A stretch of DNA of 63,980 nt, filler included, from Porpidia crustulata (Eukaryota), in NCBI GenBank assembly GCA_964255105.1. It is 7 parts of 7 records of this genome, joined end to end, with 100 filler letters (N's around TTAATTAATTAA, not from the genome) between each part and the next. Parts side by side here need not be neighbours in the genome. Positions count along the whole stretch, not along the records: positions 55,506 to 63,980 come from CAXUWE010001105.1; 6 more parts are not named here. One strand, 5' to 3'. Under the pieces are notes generated by a model. It was not told where the DNA came from. It was given only the letters and a program-made list of their open reading frames with translations, and did no database searches. How positions within the stretch are numbered: position 1 is the stretch's first letter; each line of letters begins with the position of its first letter. Below are positions 62,343-63,980 of this stretch, one piece after another. A program made the translations under genes and the position numbers.

Positions 62343-63581
62343 ATGGCATCTAAGAAGTTCAAACCGTCGCCAAAAGCTTCCTTGCCTTTCAAGACCGCAA
62401 ATAAAGAAAAGCGCCAAAATTTTCAAGTTGCGCAAAAGAAAGCAAGGGACAGTACAAAACGTGATGAGCGCTTCCGCAGAAGACGAGAGGAGGACAAGAA
62501 CCCATCACTACGGGAAGAAAGAATCAAGCAGAATATACCATTGACTTTAGAGAGGAAAAGAGTCTGGGACGAGGTCGACAGGGATACGGGTGATGGATTG
62601 GGGATTAGTATGGACGTCGAACGGCTGAAGCGTCAGAAAATCGAGGGAAAGCAGGAGCAAGGAGACGCCGATTCTCCGCATGGGGACTCGGAAAGTGACA
62701 GGGACTCCATGATCGATTCCGGCAGCGAGGATGAGGCAGCGAAGGAGGAGCCTCGAGAGCAATCGAAGAAACGGAGCGCCACTGAACGGGCAACGAGCCC
62801 TGTGCACTCTACTATAAGTACAAATCTAGATCTGACCCCGGAAGCTCTTGCCGCAAGGTTCCCTACACTTTTCTCAACGGAGAGCCCTCCAATCCCAAAA
62901 ATACTCATCACAACTTCTATCAACTCGAATCTCCACAATGAAGCGCGAATTTTGACCACCTTATTTCCGCATAGTGTATATATACCACGTTCTTCCCACC
63001 ATTATGGCCATAAATTCTCTGTTCGTGAAATATCATCATTTGCCTCGAACCGACGATATACCGCAGTGCTAGTCCTTAAGGAAGATCAAAAGAAGCCTAC
63101 AGGTCTTACCTTCGTGCATCTACCTGACGGACCGACATTTCATTTCTCAATCAGCAATTGGATAGAAGGAAAGAAATTGCCGGGCCACGGGAACCCGACA
63201 GACCATTCACCAGAACTAATCCTCAACAACTTTCGTACCCCGTTAGGTTTGCTCACCGCTCACCTATTCCGAACGATGTTTCCTCCTCAGCCAGAGCTTC
63301 AGGGCCGGCAATGCGTTACTTTGCATAATCAGCGAGACTATATCTATGTTCGACGGCATCGATACATCTTCAGAGAAAAAAGGGCTAGAGAGAAAAGTAT
63401 AGTGGGGCCAGATGGCAAGGAAGTCAAGGGGGTCGAGGACATACGTGCTGGGTTGCAGGAGCTAGGTCCGAGGTTTACATTGAAGCTGAGAAGGGTGGAT
63501 AAGGGCGTACAGCGTGCAAGTGGACAAGAATGGGAGTGGCAAGGAGGGATGGAGAAACAGCGCACAAAGTTTCAGCTCTGA
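62343..63581 (+). CDS. RPF1: Brix-domain ribosome biogenesis factor Rpf1
   Basis: PKILITTS, HLPDGPTFHF, PELILNNFRTPLG, TLHNQRDYI..RHRY, LQELGPRFTLKL. Confidence 0.93.
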   Translation: MASKKFKPSPKASLPFKTANKEKRQNFQVAQKKARDSTKRDERFRRRREEDKNPSLREERIKQNIPLTLERKRVWDEVDRDTGDGLGISMDVERLKRQKIEGKQEQGDADSPHGDSESDRDSMIDSGSEDEAAKEEPREQSKKRSATERATSPVHSTISTNLDLTPEALAARFPTLFSTESPPIPKILITTSINSNLHNEARILTTLFPHSVYIPRSSHHYGHKFSVREISSFASNRRYTAVLVLKEDQKKPTGLTFVHLPDGPTFHFSISNWIEGKKLPGHGNPTDHSPELILNNFRTPLGLLTAHLFRTMFPPQPELQGRQCVTLHNQRDYIYVRRHRYIFREKRAREKSIVGPDGKEVKGVEDIRAGLQELGPRFTLKLRRVDKGVQRASGQEWEWQGGMEKQRTKFQL

Positions 63582-63980
63582 ATGCTATAGCTATTACAAT
63601 ATTGCGATACCATATACCCCGGCTTCGCCTTTTGCAGATTGGTATAGAGGGTCGATGATCATACAGGTTTCCACTGAAGCAATGTCACAGAATATGTAGA
63701 ACGAGTGGAACCACATAAACCGACATATTCTAGAAGACTCCCAAGTCTTCTGGTCAAACTCTAGGACTCTATGAGTACACGATTCCTAGAAAGTAAAATT
63801 GAAGAAACATCGCAATTGTGAATATCTACGCTACGCCCAATCAAGATTAGCCTCAATCCCCTGTCGCGAAACCAAACCGCCAAAGCTGAACTCAGAACGC
63901 GAAACCCACCACTCTTCATCCTCATCGCCATCACCATCACCAACTTCCTCGAAGCCTACCAAACCCCTGACCCCATCTAC

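Overview
Eukaryotic DNA from a filamentous ascomycete (Pezizomycotina): short GT-AG introns with CTRAY branch sites, standard code. A lichen-forming Lecanoromycete is my tentative guess. This is not one locus. Seven unrelated contigs are joined by six identical 100-bp spacers (44 N + TTAATTAATTAA + 44 N) and ordered by falling length (>=9160, 9159, 9148, 9147, 9146, 9145, then one cut by the window end), so neighbourhood is meaningful only within a contig. Contig 1: degraded F-box-like gene, gluconokinase, VPS26. Contig 2: GPI12, MIP1 (mtDNA Pol gamma), SIM+RING ligase, CofD/UPF0052-like gene. Contig 3: kelch-type secreted protein, MSH1, F-box/RNI-like protein. Contig 4: PDB1, F-box-like protein, ASH2/BRE2. 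Contig 5: a PDR/ABCG transporter broken by 3 frameshifts and 3 stops, divergent from an intact A-T-R NRPS-like reductase. Contig 6: frameshifted PD-(D/E)xK-like gene, orphan gene, PP2A catalytic subunit, MFS transporter. Contig 7: SEC12, LaeA-like methyltransferase, glycyl-tRNA synthetase, RPF1. I cannot demonstrate a new biological system here. The best leads are the reductase/dead-transporter pair, the Tyr-to-stop pattern in that transporter, apparently structured long introns in VPS26, PDB1 and the CofD-like gene, a possible hidden in-frame VPS26 exon, and C-rich to G-rich skew switches at contig breaks. Exon coordinates were derived by eye, and family assignments rest on recalled motifs, not database searches.
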